NCBI RefSeq assembly: GCF_009914755.1
Contig: NC_060942.1
From: the human T2T-CHM13v2.0 reference genome, Homo sapiens
DNA length: 64,000 nt
Reading direction: 5' to 3' (one strand)
Under the pieces are notes generated by a model. The model had not been told where the DNA came from and did not search any database. It was given only the letters and a program-made list of their open reading frames with translations. Below, piece after piece: positions 30,010 through 45,349 of this stretch (position 1 is the stretch's first letter; each line of letters begins with the position of its first letter). The position numbers and the translations under genes are program-made.

Positions 30010-31762
30010 TATTTCTAATTATGGTAAGATACATAGAACATAAAGTTTACTATTTCAACTAATTCAATGTGTACAATTCAGTGGCAACAAATACATTTAC
30101 AAGGTTGTTCCAGATATCTCTTTCATCATCACAAAAAGAAACTCTGTACCAGTGAAGCAGAAAATATTTCCTTCTCCATTTTCTTTTAAGAATTTGAGAA
30201 GAATTGGTGTTAATTATACTTTAAATATTTAGTAGAATTCAGTAGTGAAGTTTTCTGGTCCCAGATTTTTCTTTGTTGGAAGGCATTTGATTACTGATTC
30301 AATGTCTTTACTTGCTATAGTTCTATTTAGATTTTTAAACATTTCTTCTTGAGTTAGCTATGTGAATTTGTGTGTTTCTAAAGCTTTGTGTATTTCACCC
30401 AGGTTAACCAATTTGTTAGAATAAAATTGTTCATAGTATTCTCTTAACATTTATTTCATTTTATAGGGTTTATTGTATTGTTCCACTTTTATTTTATTTT
30501 TTGGTTGAGACAGAGTCTCACTCTGTCACCCGGGCTGGAAGGCAGTGACATGATCTTGGCTCACTGCAACCCCTGCCACCTGGTTCAGGTAATTCTTGTT
30601 CCTCAGCCTCCCGAGTAGCTGGGACTACAGGTGCATGCCACCACGCCCAGCTAATTTTTTTGTATTTTTAGTAGTGACAGGGTTTCACCATGTTGGCCAG
30701 GCTGGTCTCGATCTGCCCACCTCGGCCTCCCAAAGTACTGGGGTTACAGGCGTGAGACACAGCACCCGGCCTGTTCCACTTTTATTTCTGATTAAGTAGT
30801 TTTATTTTTTTTCTTTTACTTAGTCAATGGATAAAGACTTGTCAATTTTAATAACATTTTCAAAGAACCAACTTCTTTTGTTTTTATTTATTTTCTCTAT
30901 TGTTTTCTGTTTTCTAGTTAATTTACTTCTTACTAATCTTTATTATTTCTTTCCTTCTACCAGCTTTGCATTTAGTTTGCATTTCTTTTTAGTTTCTTTT
31001 AAGTTATTTTCTATTTTCTACTGTGATTGATATTTGATCTATTAGTTATTTAAAAATGTTTTATTTTTCATGTATTTGTGAATTTCCTAATTTTCCTTCT
31101 GATATTGATTTCTAGTTTCATTTCATTGTAATTAGAGAAGATAACTTACATTATTTTAGTCTTCTTAACTTTACTGAGGCTTATTTTGTGGCTTAACATG
31201 TGGTCACTTCTAGAACATGTTCCACGTGTGCTTGAAAAAAATATGTATTATCCTATTGTTATATAAAATGTTTTGCATATGTCTGTTAGGTCCAATCAAT
31301 GTATAGTCTTGTTCAAGTCATCTGTTTTCTTATTGATCTTATGTCCTGTTTTCCTACCTATTATTATAAGTGGGGAATTGAAGTCTCCTACTACTACTGT
31401 GTTGCTGTCCATTTCTCTTTTCAATTCTGTCAATGTTTGCTTCATATATTTGGGAGCTCTAATGTTAGGTGCATATACATTTATAATTGTTATACCTTTC
31501 TAGTGAATTGACCCCTTTATTATTGTATAATGTCCTTCATTTTCTCTTGTAATGGTTTTTACTTGAAGATTATTTTGTCTGATATTATTATGACCACTTC
31601 ATCTCTCTTTCATATGGAATATTTTATGGAATATTTATATGGAATATTTTTCCATTTTTTAACTTTCAACTAATTTGTGTCTTTGAATATAATGTTAGTC
31701 TATTTTAGCTGACATAGAGCTAAATCATAATTCTTAAAAAACCCATTCTGCTAATATCTGCT
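30010..31762 (-). mobile_element. L1M antisense: 3' end fragment plus ORF2 endonuclease region (middle element)
   Basis: gtgtacaattcagtggca (3' end); reverse complement of 31200-31760 gives EN-domain text (tatgcacctaacattagagctcccaaatat; gcagaatgg). Confidence 0.8.
30495..30771 (-). mobile_element. AluS with a small internal deletion
   Basis: 16-bp TSD tgttccacttttattt on both sides; ggtctcgatctgccc lacks the usual actcctgacctcaggt. Confidence 0.9.
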
Positions 31763-31842
31763 TTAAGTCAAAACTGTCACAAAAGACAAATGATATTATA
31801 TAGCAATAAAAGGGTCAGTTCACCAGGAAGATAAAACAATTA

Positions 31843-32183
31843 TAGTCACCCATTCCTTAATGACAATAATATGTTCTGAGAAATGCATCACTGGGCAATT
31901 TCGTCATTGTACAAATATCACAGAGTACAGTTCCATAAACTTAGATGATATAGACTACTGCACATCTAGGTTATGTGCTATATGGCTTATTGTTCTGAGG
32001 CTACAGACATATACAATATGCTACTGTGCTGAATACTGTAGGTAATTATAACACAATGGTAAGTATTTGTGTATCTGAACACAGAAAATATATGGCAAAA
32101 AATACAGTATTATAATCTTATGGGGCCACCATTGTATATGCAGTTCATTGTTCACCAAAACGTCGTTATGTGGTTCATCATTG
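31843..32183 (+). mobile_element. Tigger3a (MER7A/Golem) MITE
   Basis: gttctgagaaatgcatc..tttcgtcattgt..gaatactgtagg.aatt.taacacaatggtaagtatttgtgtatct..aaacgtcgttatg; TA-type site. Confidence 0.9.
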
Positions 32184-35100
32184 CAGAAATATATATGTAC
32201 CTAACATTAGAGCTCCCAAATATGTGAAGCAATCATTGACAGAATTAAAGGGAGAAATAGACACAAAACTAGAGTGGGAGACTTTAATTTCCCACTTTCA
32301 ACAGTGGATTGAACAAATGAACATATGATCAATAAAGAAACAGAGGACTTGAACAACACTTTAGACACATTGGACATAACAGACATATACAGAACACTAT
32401 ACCCAACACCGCAAAATATACACTCTTCTCAAGTTCACATGAAGCATTTTCCAGGATAAATCATATGTTAGGCCACAAAAGAGGTTTTACTAGGTTAAAA
32501 AAGTTTAAAGTTATACAAGGTATCCTTTGCTACAGAATAAGAATGAAACTAGAAATCAATAATGGAAGGAAAATTGAGCAATCCACAAACATGAGAAAGT
32601 TAAACAACACTCTCTTAAATGACTAATAAGTCAAAGAAGAAATTATAAGGAAAATTTAAAAAATAAAAATGCAACATAGCAAAACTCACTGGTTACAGTG
32701 AAAGTGCTAAGAGGGACATTTATAGCTATAAACACTTACACTTAAAAAAAACCTGAAACCAACAACCTAGTTATAAACATCAAGAAGCTAATAAAAGAAA
32801 GAAAATCTAAAACCAAAGCTTGCAGTAGAAAAAAAATTAGATAAAATAGAAATATAATAGATTATAGAAAAATAATAGAAAACATAAACAAAACTACGAT
32901 TTTTTAAAAATCAACAAAATTGAAAAATTTTTAGCTAGACTAAGAGAAAAAAAGAAGACTCAAATAACTCACGCTGGAAATAAAAATGGGACATTTCAAA
33001 TGATGCCACAGGAATGTAAATGATTATAAGACTATTATAAACAACTATGTACCAACAACTTGGATAAATTAGAAGGTATGGATGAATTTCTAGAAACACA
33101 CAACCTTCCAAGACTGAATGAAGAAAGTAGAAAAATGGACCTGTAACTAGTAAGGAAATAAAATTATAATCAAAATCCTCCCAAAAGAGAGAAACGCAAG
33201 ATCATATGGCTGCATTGTAGAATTCTACAAAACATTTAAAAAAGAATTAACACTAATCCTTCTCAAACTCTTGTAAAAATTAAAAAGGAGAAAACACTTT
33301 CCAATTTATTCTATGAGGTTAGTATCACTCTGATACTAAGCCAGGGAAAGATATTACACAAAAAGAGAACTACAAACCAATATCCTTGATTAATATTGAT
33401 GTAAAAATCCTCAACAAAATACAGCCAAACCAAATTCAACACAACACTAAAAGGATTATATACCATGACTAAGTAGAATTTATCCCTGGAAGGCAAGGAT
33501 AGTTCAACATACAAAATCAATGAATGTAATATGTCATGTTAACAATGAAAAACAAAAACCACATGATCATCTCAATTGATGAGAAAATATTTTTTAAAAT
33601 TGCATACCTTTTCATGATAAAAGCACTCAATCAATAAGGAATAGAAAGAGACTACATCAACTTAATGAAGGTCATATATAAAAAGCTCACTGCTAACTTC
33701 ATACTCAATGGAGAAAGTCTGAAAGTTTTTCCTCCTAATTAGGGAACAGGAGAAAGAATATCCTCTCTCACCACTTTTACTCAACATAGCACTGAAAGTC
33801 CTAGCCAGAGGAATCAGGCAAGAAAAATAAGTGAAAAGAATGCAAGTTTAAGAGGAAGAAATAAAATTATCTCCATTCACAGGTGGTATGATCTTATATG
33901 TAGAAATATTTACAATTCAAAAAAACACCTTAGAACTAATAAACAAATTCAGCAAAGTGGCAGCACACAAAATCAACCCACAAAAATCAGTTGCATTTCT
34001 ATAAACTAACAGTGAACAGCCTGAAAAAAGAAATTAAGAAGATGATTCCATTTACATTAGCATCAAAAGGAATAAAATACTTGGGAAAAAATTTAACAAA
34101 AATGGTGAAAGACTTATACACTGAAAACTAGAAAACTTTGCTGAAAGAAATTAAAGAAAACACAGCAAATGAAAAGATAGCCCATGTTTAGGGAGATTGA
34201 AGATGTAATATTATTAAAATATCAATACTTCCCAAAGTGATCTACAGATTAAATGTCTTCCTTACCAAAATTTCAGTGGAATTATTTTTGCTGAAATATA
34301 AAAATCCATGCTAAGCATAATACAGAATCTCAAGGTTACCCAAATAGCCAAAATAATTTTGGAAAAGAATAGCCAGAGGACTCACAGTTTCTGATTTCAA
34401 ATTATATTACAAAGCTGCAGTAAACAAAATAGTGCAGTCCTGTCATAAAGACAGACATATGAGCCAATGGAATGGAATATAGACCTCAGAAATAAATCAT
34501 CACCTATATAGTCAAATGATTTTTTATAAGGGCCCCAAGTCCACTCAATGAAGGAAAGGACAGTCTCTACAATAAGTCCTGTTGAGAAAACTGGATATCC
34601 ATATGCAAAAGAATAAAGTTGGATCCTTATCTTATACCATATACAAAAGTTAAATCAAAGTGGATTAAAAACTTAATGTAAATCCAAAGCTATAAAAACT
34701 CCTATGAGAAAACATAGGGGAAATCTTTCATGGCATTGGATTTGGCGAAGATTCTTTGGATATGATACCAAAAACATGAGCCATGAAAAGAATAGTGAAC
34801 AAGGGATTTTATCCAAATAAAACTCTTTTGTACAATGAGGACACTACCAACAAAGTGAAAAGGCAACCTGTGGAAAGGGAGAAAATATTTGCAAAGCATT
34901 ATCTGATAAAGGATTAATATCCAGAGTATATAAATAACTTGTACAAAACAACAACAGCAGAAGAAACAAAACAATTAAAGCATGGAAAAGGGGAGTGAAT
35001 AAACATTTCTCCAAAGATGATATACAAATGATCAACAAGCATATGAAAAGATGTTCAGCAATACTAATCATTAGAGAAATGCAAATCAAAACTACAATGA

Positions 35101-35727
35101 GACATTATCTCCCTCTTAGAATGGCTACTATCAACAAAAGACAAAAAGAGAGAAAAGCAGATATTTCTAAGGATGTGGAAAAATTGTAACCCTGTTAGAA
35201 TGTAAAATCACGCAACTGCTGTGGAAACTGTATGAGGGTTCCTCAAAAATTTAAAAATGGGATTACCATATGATCCAGCAATCCCACCTCTGATTGTGTA
35301 TGTAAAAGAATTGAAAGCAGCATCTCAAAGAGATATGTACACACTCATGATCATAACAGTATTAGTCTCGATAACAAAGAGGTGGAAGCAAACAAATGTC
35401 CATCAGTGGATGAACAGATAAACAACATGTGGCATATACATGCAATGAAATATTACTCAGTCTTAGAAGAAAATTCTGACATATGTTAAAATGTGAATGG
35501 ATCTTGAGGACATTATGCAAAATGAAAGCAGCTAGTCTGAAATAGCAAACACTGTATGATTCCACTTTTATGAGGTACTAAAGTAGTAGAAACCACAGAA
35601 ACAAAAGTAAAATGGTTGTTGCCAGGAGCTGGAAAGAAGAGAGAAATGGTAAGTGGTTTAATGGGGATATAGTTTCAATTCTGCAAGACAAAAAGAGTCT
35701 GGAGATTGGTTGCACAATGAGAATGTA

Positions 35728-36161
35728 TAGCTGCCCCTTGATATCTTGTTCCAGGAACCCCAGCAGAAATCAAAATTCATGGATACTTGTCCCTGATGTA
35801 AAATGGGGTAGTATTTGCATATAACTCTCTCTCACACACACACGCACACACACACATACACACATCCCCTTCTATACTTTAAATCATCGCTTGATTACTT
35901 ATAATGCTTAATACAATGCAAATGTTATGTAAATGGTTATTATATTATTTTATTTGTATTTTTTATTGTTGTATTGCCTTTTTGGAGATGGGGTCTTACT
36001 ATGTTGCTCAGGCTGGTCTCAAACTTCTGGGTTCAAGTGAATCCTTATGCCTCAGCCTTCTGAGTAGTGGATTGCTATTTTTGTCTTTTTTCTCTAATAT
36101 GTTCAATCTGTGGTTGATTGAATCTGTGGATGTGCAACATGTGGATACAGAGGGCCCACTG
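35728..36161 (+). mobile_element. MER2 (Tigger-group MITE) containing a (CA)n tract and an Alu monomer
   Basis: gtccctgatgtaaaatgg.gtagtatttgcatataac..tactttaaatcatc..ggatacagagggcc.actgta. Confidence 0.85.
35979..36073 (-). mobile_element. FLAM/Alu monomer fragment
   Basis: gagatggggtctt.ctatgttgc.caggctggtctcaaact. Confidence 0.8.
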
Positions 36162-36239
36162 TACTTAACACTACTAATCCATACATTTAAAAATAGTGAA
36201 AATTGTTTAAAAAAAAGAAGAAAAAATGCAGAAATAAAT

Positions 36240-36848
36240 GACTTCTCAGGGCTTTTCTGAGCATGTTTGCCACTCAGGGCATGCAGGCAACCTATATTCC
36301 CTGGTATACATGGGAGATTTTCAAAGCCTGAATTCCCCAAAGTCTTACTGTCCCCAGCTTTCTTTCAGCATATGTGCTGTTTGACTCACCTGCTGTCTTC
36401 TACCCCAGGTTGGCAACAGCTTGTTCATTTGCTGTTCAATGATTTCAAGGAAGGTTCTCAGAATTTCTGATTGTTCACCATGAAAGAATTCCCAGTTATG
36501 CAAAATAAAGGCAAGATTTTTGTGTTAGTCCTTCAGGAAGGCCCAGACTAGTCAAAGATGACAACCACAATTCTTTAAAAACAAAGTCTGCTGGGGTCCC
36601 TTTGCAGTCAGGGACCCACAGAAGGAACATGACTGTGCTCTTCAAAACCACCAATGAAACTGAAGGGGGTAATGAGAAAGGGGGAGGTTAAAATGACACA
36701 GAACTCTCTCCTACCATGTTTCATTACCTCTTCCTTGACTAAGAATTCACTTAATTGTTCTCAATCTTTGAGTCGTAGTAAGTTTTGGCCAGTTTGACAT
36801 TGTTTCTATGGTGGATGGTCTTTTGCCGGTCCCTACTCTGCCATTTCC
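36240..36848 (-). mobile_element. L1M 5' end (antisense); probably the 5' part of the middle L1
   Basis: ends cctactctgccattt, whose reverse complement aaatggcagagtagg resembles the YY1-type start of old L1 5' UTRs. Confidence 0.55.
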
Positions 36849-37052
36849 CAGTAATCTATGAGTATTTTTAAAAGAGGTTCTGAAATAGCTGAAGAGAAAA
36901 AAAAAACTTAGTGGAGTGGAAAGAATATATGAAGAAATTACAGTACAGGGAAGAAAGAGATAGAAAATATAAGGGAAATGTAAGTCATGAGGGACAAAAT
37001 GAGAATGTCTGTCACATATGCAAGATGAGTTCCAGAAATAAAGAAATTATAA

Positions 37053-37511
37053 TGATAGAGGCAGGCGACAGCCAAATGTCTAGGCATATAGGGAAGGGTC
37101 CCTGGAGAGCCTCTCACCCACCCAAGTCATTTTGCACAGAGGGCTCGCCTAAGCATGCCCATGGTGAACAATTCTGTGCCTTAACACATGCACAGTAAGG
37201 GAAATAAATTAATGTGGAGTGGCTCAGACTAAGGGCCCACATGTACCCTGGGGGAACAGGGTGTAGCCACCAGGAATTTGTGTCTTTTGCTGGGAAGGAG
37301 CCTGGCTCTTCAGCCCCTGCGTGGAAGTCCTGGTACTTCAATTGTGAGGTGGTAACCTGGATGCAGGACCCCTCTCTTTGCTGAGAGCTTTCCTTTCACT
37401 TAATAAATTATGTCCTCTTCACCCTCCAATGTGTCCACATACCTAATTTTCCCTGGTTGTGAGACAAGAACTCCGATTTAGCTGAACTAAGGAGCAAAAA
37501 ACCCTGCATCA
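37053..37511 (+). mobile_element. MER61-family ERV1 solo LTR
   Basis: tgatagaggcagg..cagccaaatg..cacatgcacagtaagggaaataaat..ctaaggagcaaaaaaccctgcatca; TSD ataa/atag. Confidence 0.85.
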
Positions 37512-37979
37512 ATAGGTGACGGCAATATTTATAGATGCAGTAAATGATATTTTCCCTAGAATTTATGAGGGATATAAAGCTTCATAATCAGAAAGCCCAA
37601 TACTTTAAAAAATCACACCTGGAAAATATAGAGAACCCACAAACATAAAAGCAATTTGAAAATATTTTTAAAATATTATTTTTTAGATTCCAGAACTAAG
37701 AATTAAGATCCTACACCTTTCTACCATTTCCATAATTTTCTCTCTTCCATTTTTTTAGATCTCTTCTGTTTATTTCCCTGTTTTATTTTCTCATAGCTAT
37801 TCTACATTTCTCTTATTATGTTTTTTGTCATATATAATCTTCTTTGTGCACCTTGAAATTGTCTTTTTTATGAAATAATTTTTGTCATTTATTTTCCAAT
37901 TTATTTTCTTTCTATTCCACAACTTGCTTTTATTTCATAATCTCTTCTCTGAGATTTTGCATTTCTTTTTCACGGTGAT

Positions 37980-38450
37980 TACATTAGTCCTTTATTCCAA
38001 CAAGAATACAATATAACAAACCATTTCAAAACTTAGCGCTTTAAAACACATCCCTGGGTCAGCAACTTAGTTTCGCTATGTGGGCCAGGTTGAAGTAATC
38101 TTACCTGGGTTTGCTCTTGTGTCTTTGTGGAGCTGGCAGACAGACTGGAGGTTAGTAATTCTATTATGGATCATCTAAAATGTCTTATATTTGCCCAGGT
38201 GATCTCTCATTCTTCTATAGTAACATAAGCTTGTTTTCCTAGCAGAAGCAAGAGGGTAATAGAGCAATTAGAAATGTATGCAAGACTTTTTATCGAACCT
38301 TTGCCAATATATTTTAAACATCTGATTGGTTAAAGAACATCATACAGCTAAGCTCAGAGCCAGAATGGGAGGTGACCACAAAGGTAGAAAGCAAAGATCA
38401 TGGAAAGAGACAGGTCATTCTTAGTGCCATTAATGCAATAAATATGTCAA
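37980..38450 (-). mobile_element. Old MLT1 (G/H-like) LTR
   Basis: taacaaacca.ttcaaaacttag.g.tttaaaac..; attgg.taaag..catacagctaagctcagag. Confidence 0.5.
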
Positions 38451-38863
38451 ACTGCATGACCCTGCTTTGTTGAGTTTTTTCTGCTTGAAGGTAATTTTTT
38501 CCTGGAGTTGTTTTATCTACCAGATATTTAATGCCTCCATTATTCATTCTTAAGTTTCTAAGTCTTTTCTTATATTATTTTGCTAAAAAGACTGTAGTTT
38601 TATTTGTCTTGTTGATATTTGATATCCTGGATTTTGCTGAACTGACTTAGCATGAGGGTTCGATGGGGGTGGGTGGTTGAGCAGACATTTTAGTTTCCTC
38701 ATTATTTCTACTATTGATACAAAAAAAAGCAGTTTTTAGGATATCAACATTTAATATGTGGAATATAGAGAGTGGCTTCAGTTTTCTTGACCAAATTTTA
38801 ATAAAATAACTTTGAAAAATATTTTATGGTTGTCTTATTTAATTTAATGTTTCTGTAAAGGAA

Positions 38864-39010
38864 TACTTGAGACTTTATAAAGAAAAGAGGTTTATTTGTC
38901 CCACAGTTCCTCAGGCTCTACAAGAAGGATGGTGGCTTACTTGAGACTTTATAAAGAAAAGAGGTTTATTTGTCCCACAGTTCCTCAGGCTCTACAAGAA
39001 GGATGGTGGC

Positions 39011-39011
<1 letters not shown>
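38864..39011. repeat. Perfect 74-bp tandem duplication
   Basis: tacttgagactttataaag...caagaaggatggtggct at 38864-38937 and 38938-39011; no mismatch seen. Confidence 0.95.
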
Positions 39012-39410
<399 letters not shown>

Positions 39411-39559
39411 CTAATAGAATGAAAACTAACTCATTACCACAAGGAGGACACCAAAACATTTATGAAGGATCTGTCCCCATTAGACCCCACTTCCAACATT
39501 GGGGATCGAATTTCAACGTGAGATTTGGAGGGTCAGATATCCAAATTAAAGCAATAGTA

Positions 39560-40110
39560 TTGAGTGAATGTGCAGATGTACATACCTATGACACTGTAAT
39601 GCTATTCCTATGCCTACAGCCCATAGAAATTCATGCTTTTTTGCACAGAGATACATGTTCAAAAATGTCTGTTACATTAATGTTTACAATAAAAAAATGA
39701 AGACAGCCCCAAAGTTTACCATAATATTATGAATAAAAAATGATGAGATATTCTTTCTATGAAGTAGTATTCTAGCAATGAATAAAACACAATGAAAAGT
39801 AACAACATGAACAAATCTTACCCATACAATTTTGAACAAAAGAACTGAGGCACAGTAGAATAAATCATGTATAATTTCATCTAGATACAATTCAAAAACA
39901 GCAATATTAAACTATATTTTTTAGGTATGCTTAGTTTAAAAAGCAAAGGATGAATGGTGTTAAAGACTGTTGCTTACCCCTAGGGGATGAAGAGTATATT
40001 GATGTGTAGGGCATATTTGTGGTGCTTATTAAGTTTATGTTATTGTCCACACTTAGGATTAGGTGAGAGTTCATTTTACAAGACTGTTTGCTTGTTTGAA
40101 TTTCAGTTAT
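39560..40110 (+). mobile_element. Old L1MC/ME 3' fragment
   Basis: catacctatgac..atgctattccta; caacatgaacaaatct; aattcaaaaacagcaa. Confidence 0.6.
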
Positions 40111-40140
40111 ATACCAAAGTAGAAGATATATTTGGATATA

Positions 40141-40820
<680 letters not shown>

Positions 40821-40960
40821 ATATTCAAATCTGGAATTCAGGGAAGAAGTTTAGTCCAGAGCATAAATTTGGGCACCTTCAGTGTATAGACATAATGTAA
40901 AACTATAAATCTAGATGACATATACAACAGTGTGTGTTAGGGAAGGGAAGATAAATAGTT

Positions 40961-41397
40961 TATTATGTGTTGAATTATGTTCCCTCAAATACATGTTAAA
41001 GTATTAATCCCTAGTATTTCAGAATGTGACTTTATTTAGAAATGGATTCAGTGTAGATATAATTAATCAAGGTGAAGTCATACTAGGATAGGGTGGGTCA
41101 TAGTCCAATATGATTGGTGTAATTATAAAAAGTGGACATCTGGACAAAGACATGACACAGGGAGAATGCCATGTGAACAGGAAAGTAGAGATTAGGAACA
41201 GCAGAGATTGCCAGCAAACCACCAACCTCTATGAGAAGTTGGGATCAATTTTCCTTCACAGTTCCCAGAAGGAACAAACCCGGCCAATACCTTGATCTTG
41301 AGGTTCTAGTCTCTTGAACTGTGAGATAATAAATTTCTGTTGTTTTAGCAACTCAGTTTGTGGTACTTTGTTGCAACAGCTCTAGAAAACTAATACA
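40961..41397 (+). mobile_element. MLT1B/C MaLR LTR
   Basis: cagaatgtgactttatttagaaat..attgccagcaaacc..gaactgtgagataataaatttctgttg..aaactaataca. Confidence 0.85.
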
Positions 41398-41669
41398 GGG
41401 TCTAAGACTAAGGTTCAGTATTAAGAAGTCAGCAAAATGAAAATGCAACTGCAAAAAAATAAAAAAATGGTGAATGTGGTAGGAAGAAACCTGGTGGAAC
41501 AAGAGGCCCTAGAATCCAAGTAATGGGTTGTAGAATGAAGGACTGGCTAAGCATATCTAAACTGATCAGAACTGAGAATTAATCCTTGGATTTAACAAAG
41601 TGAAGACATTGGTGATGTGACAAAATGCCTTTTGATGGAGTGGTTGAAGGTGAACATTCATGGAAAAAG

Positions 41670-41996
<327 letters not shown>

Positions 41997-44241
41997 TAGA
42001 ATGAGAAGAGGGAACTTGAAGATAGCTGACACTGTCAATCTCATTAAGAGTTTACTGAGGATCAAAGAAATGGTGTGGTTAACCTTAGATGAATTGAAAT
42101 TGGAAGTGTTTTTTAACCATTGAAGAAAAAAAGCATGTTTGTATACTGATACGAATGATCCAGTAAGGAAAGATAAATTAATTTTTATAGAATTAAAAGT
42201 AAAATTACTAGATTCCAGTCACTGAGGTCAAATGATATAGTATTTGGTACAGAGATTAGGGAGGCCTCCCGTAGAAGTACAGATGTGGTGAGAGCCAGTG
42301 GGAATTCTCAGATTTTATTTTTACTCTTTTGGTTTTTGTTTATAAAATTTTGTTTTTACTATTTATTCTCTTAACTGACTTTTCTTAGCTTTTAAAGTAC
42401 TGAGTTGAAGCTCCTTTTTTTGTCGTTTGTTTTCAATCAATGTTTACTGAACACCTACCTGCACAGAGAGCAGATAGTCTGAGTTAAATGCTGGAGTTGC
42501 CACAGTGAGAAAGAGTTCATGCCTCCAGGAGCTTCCAGTTGAGTGGTTGGGGGTGGAGGGACAAGAAGGGCAACAGTTGCACCAACAGTGTTAAAATTGC
42601 AACTGTGGGTAGTGTGAAAAATAGGTAGATAAGAATTGAGGCTATTACAGCAGACTTATTTTTATTATTTTAAAGGTAAATAGGATCTAAGCTTTCAAGA
42701 ATAAAGGAGATGGTGGCAAAATTTCAAGAGAGGAGAAAGTGTAGAAAGCCAGTGAAGAGGATAAGTAGATTAGAGAAATGTAATAGGAAAGTTCAGCAAC
42801 ATCCAGGATCCATTTGAGATGAGCGGTCATGAATGTAATGTGAGTGCATTTAGTAAAATTAGTTTTCGCTCCAGTCATATTTGGCTGGTCCATTTGGCTG
42901 GCCTTTTTAAGAGTCAGGTGGAGAGAATATGAGACCAGAGGAACCGTCACTGGCATCTTGTGGTGGTTGTGGTGAGTTATTAACCACTGGGAAACAAATA
43001 CAGAATACATTGTCAGAAACCTCTTATTTGCCAACAGTGGAACTAATAGAATTTCTTTAATCAGACTCTTCTCAGAAAGACTGCTAAACAAGTCTTCCTC
43101 ATTTTTCTTTTAATTATGGCAGATTTATAGTAATCACTAGAAAATAAGATTTTCTTATTTCTGTTTAAATGATGATTAAAATCTTAGAAAGGTATTATAA
43201 ATCAACACTACAGTAGTAACAAAAATGGTAACTAACAATTGAACCACAAATTACTGTTGACAATGTTAGCATATATTCTTGCACTTATTTCTATCTACTT
43301 CTCTGTGAGATATTTTACTTTTATTTCACTTATAAGAAAACTGAGTTTCAGAAAGATTGTTGTGAATGATTTGTGACAATTATTGTATATCACTTAATTG
43401 GTGCCTGACCAATATGGTTTTAAAGTGTTTACAGCAGTTGCTCAAAAACAGTTTGTTTCTTGTTTGCCTACCTGGCTTAGTAGCATTTCATTTAATCTCA
43501 GAACAAATGTGGAGTTAGCAAAAACAAAAGTAACTATATTATTCACTTGTTCTGTGTTTTTATTGAATGAGCATAGTAAATCATAATTATTAAATATTAG
43601 GTCAGAAGGAAGTATCACAATTTGTAGGCAAAAATTCACCTATTTCCCTCTTGGTTAAGATTAATTTGTGTTTCCTTTTTACTTCCATATTACTACATTA
43701 TATGAGTAAGAATTTAATTGGGAATCTAAATATCTTGGTAGATAAACTTTAATACAGGAAAATAGATTCTTACAAAACCATTGGAAAGGCTGGGTGAGTA
43801 AAGGTCAGAGGGAACCACCGCTGGCTTTAGGGAATGAGAAAGTACAGACTGTCTATGAGCTCAGCTGTCTGCTGAACTGAACAAGGTGATTTGAAGAAAA
43901 TATCCAGGGTGCCTCTGCAAGTTGCTCTATTGCCTGGCTACACATACATCAGCCACTATTGGAAGAGAAAAAAATTACTTCTGCTTTCTACCTATGTAAT
44001 TTCATACAAATGCCTATTATTATCAAAATCTAAACTGAAATTCTGATGACAAGAATCTAAAAATTATAGTGTTTAGTATTTCTAATGTGTGCTATACAAG
44101 GAGAGTTTTGAATGATAGGGATAGTGTTGAATATCCACAAACCATATATGATTCAGTTCTCATCCTTGAATTCCTGACATTTAAGAAATACTTATTTTAT
44201 ACCTAAACTCTTAATGATAAAAGCAATAGCAGGTAGTCCTA

Positions 44242-44721
<480 letters not shown>

Positions 44722-45349
44722 CGACCTAACATAATGTTTGATTGTTTTTGTCATTTTTTTTGGGAGGGTCTAACAGTCTTATACAAGGACAGATATGTGC
44801 ACCCCTAAAAAGAAGAGATACAGACTCTCATCAAACTCTCTAACCACCTCTGTGCAATATTTATTAAATATTAATTATTACACTTCCAGTTCATTAACCA
44901 AGTACCTTTACATCCTGAAACTTAAAGAAAAAATGAGAACTCTAAGAAAAAAGTATTATACAATGCCTCATATAAAATAATGTGGGAAGAAGAGAAGAAT
45001 ATAATGTTAGTTAGTATGTACAAATCGAATAGCAAGCCAAGAGTTTGTTTCTTAAAGTGAAAATAGTTGTTTGTGGAAGAGAGAATGGCTTTTCTTCAAA
45101 CAAATGGTGATTGAATATTGCATCCTGTATGGTGATAAACACTTTGAGCATCATTGCATCTTCCATTTGACAAGTTTCAATTGGCTGAGCATCTTTTGCT
45201 GAAGTCTCCACTGTCTGCAGAATATTTACATACTCTGATCATCACTCAAATTCTATGGCTATGGGCTTTGTGGTAAATGGTTAGAAGTAGCATGCATGCT
45301 CAAGTGTGAAATGTGTTGGCTCCAGAATCCCAGGAGGCTCAACAAGAGT

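Larger units (their letters stand above)
31765..36225 (+). mobile_element. L1MB-like element, ORF2 EN to 3' end (inner element), interrupted by Tigger3a, MER2 and an Alu monomer
   Basis: continuous degenerate ORF2 (e.g. ORF 34995-35189 NKHFSKDDIQMINKHMKRCS); L1MB-type 3' UTR atggttgttgccaggagctgg..cttaacactact. Confidence 0.9.

Noticed and set aside
30010-36225. A single L1 with a twin-priming inversion
   Set aside because: The inverted segments overlap by several hundred bp in L1 coordinates, are clearly diverged, and each orientation has its own 3' end.
42687-43091. 134-aa minus-strand ORF in non-repeat DNA
   Set aside because: Non-ATG start, no recognisable domain and no splice support.
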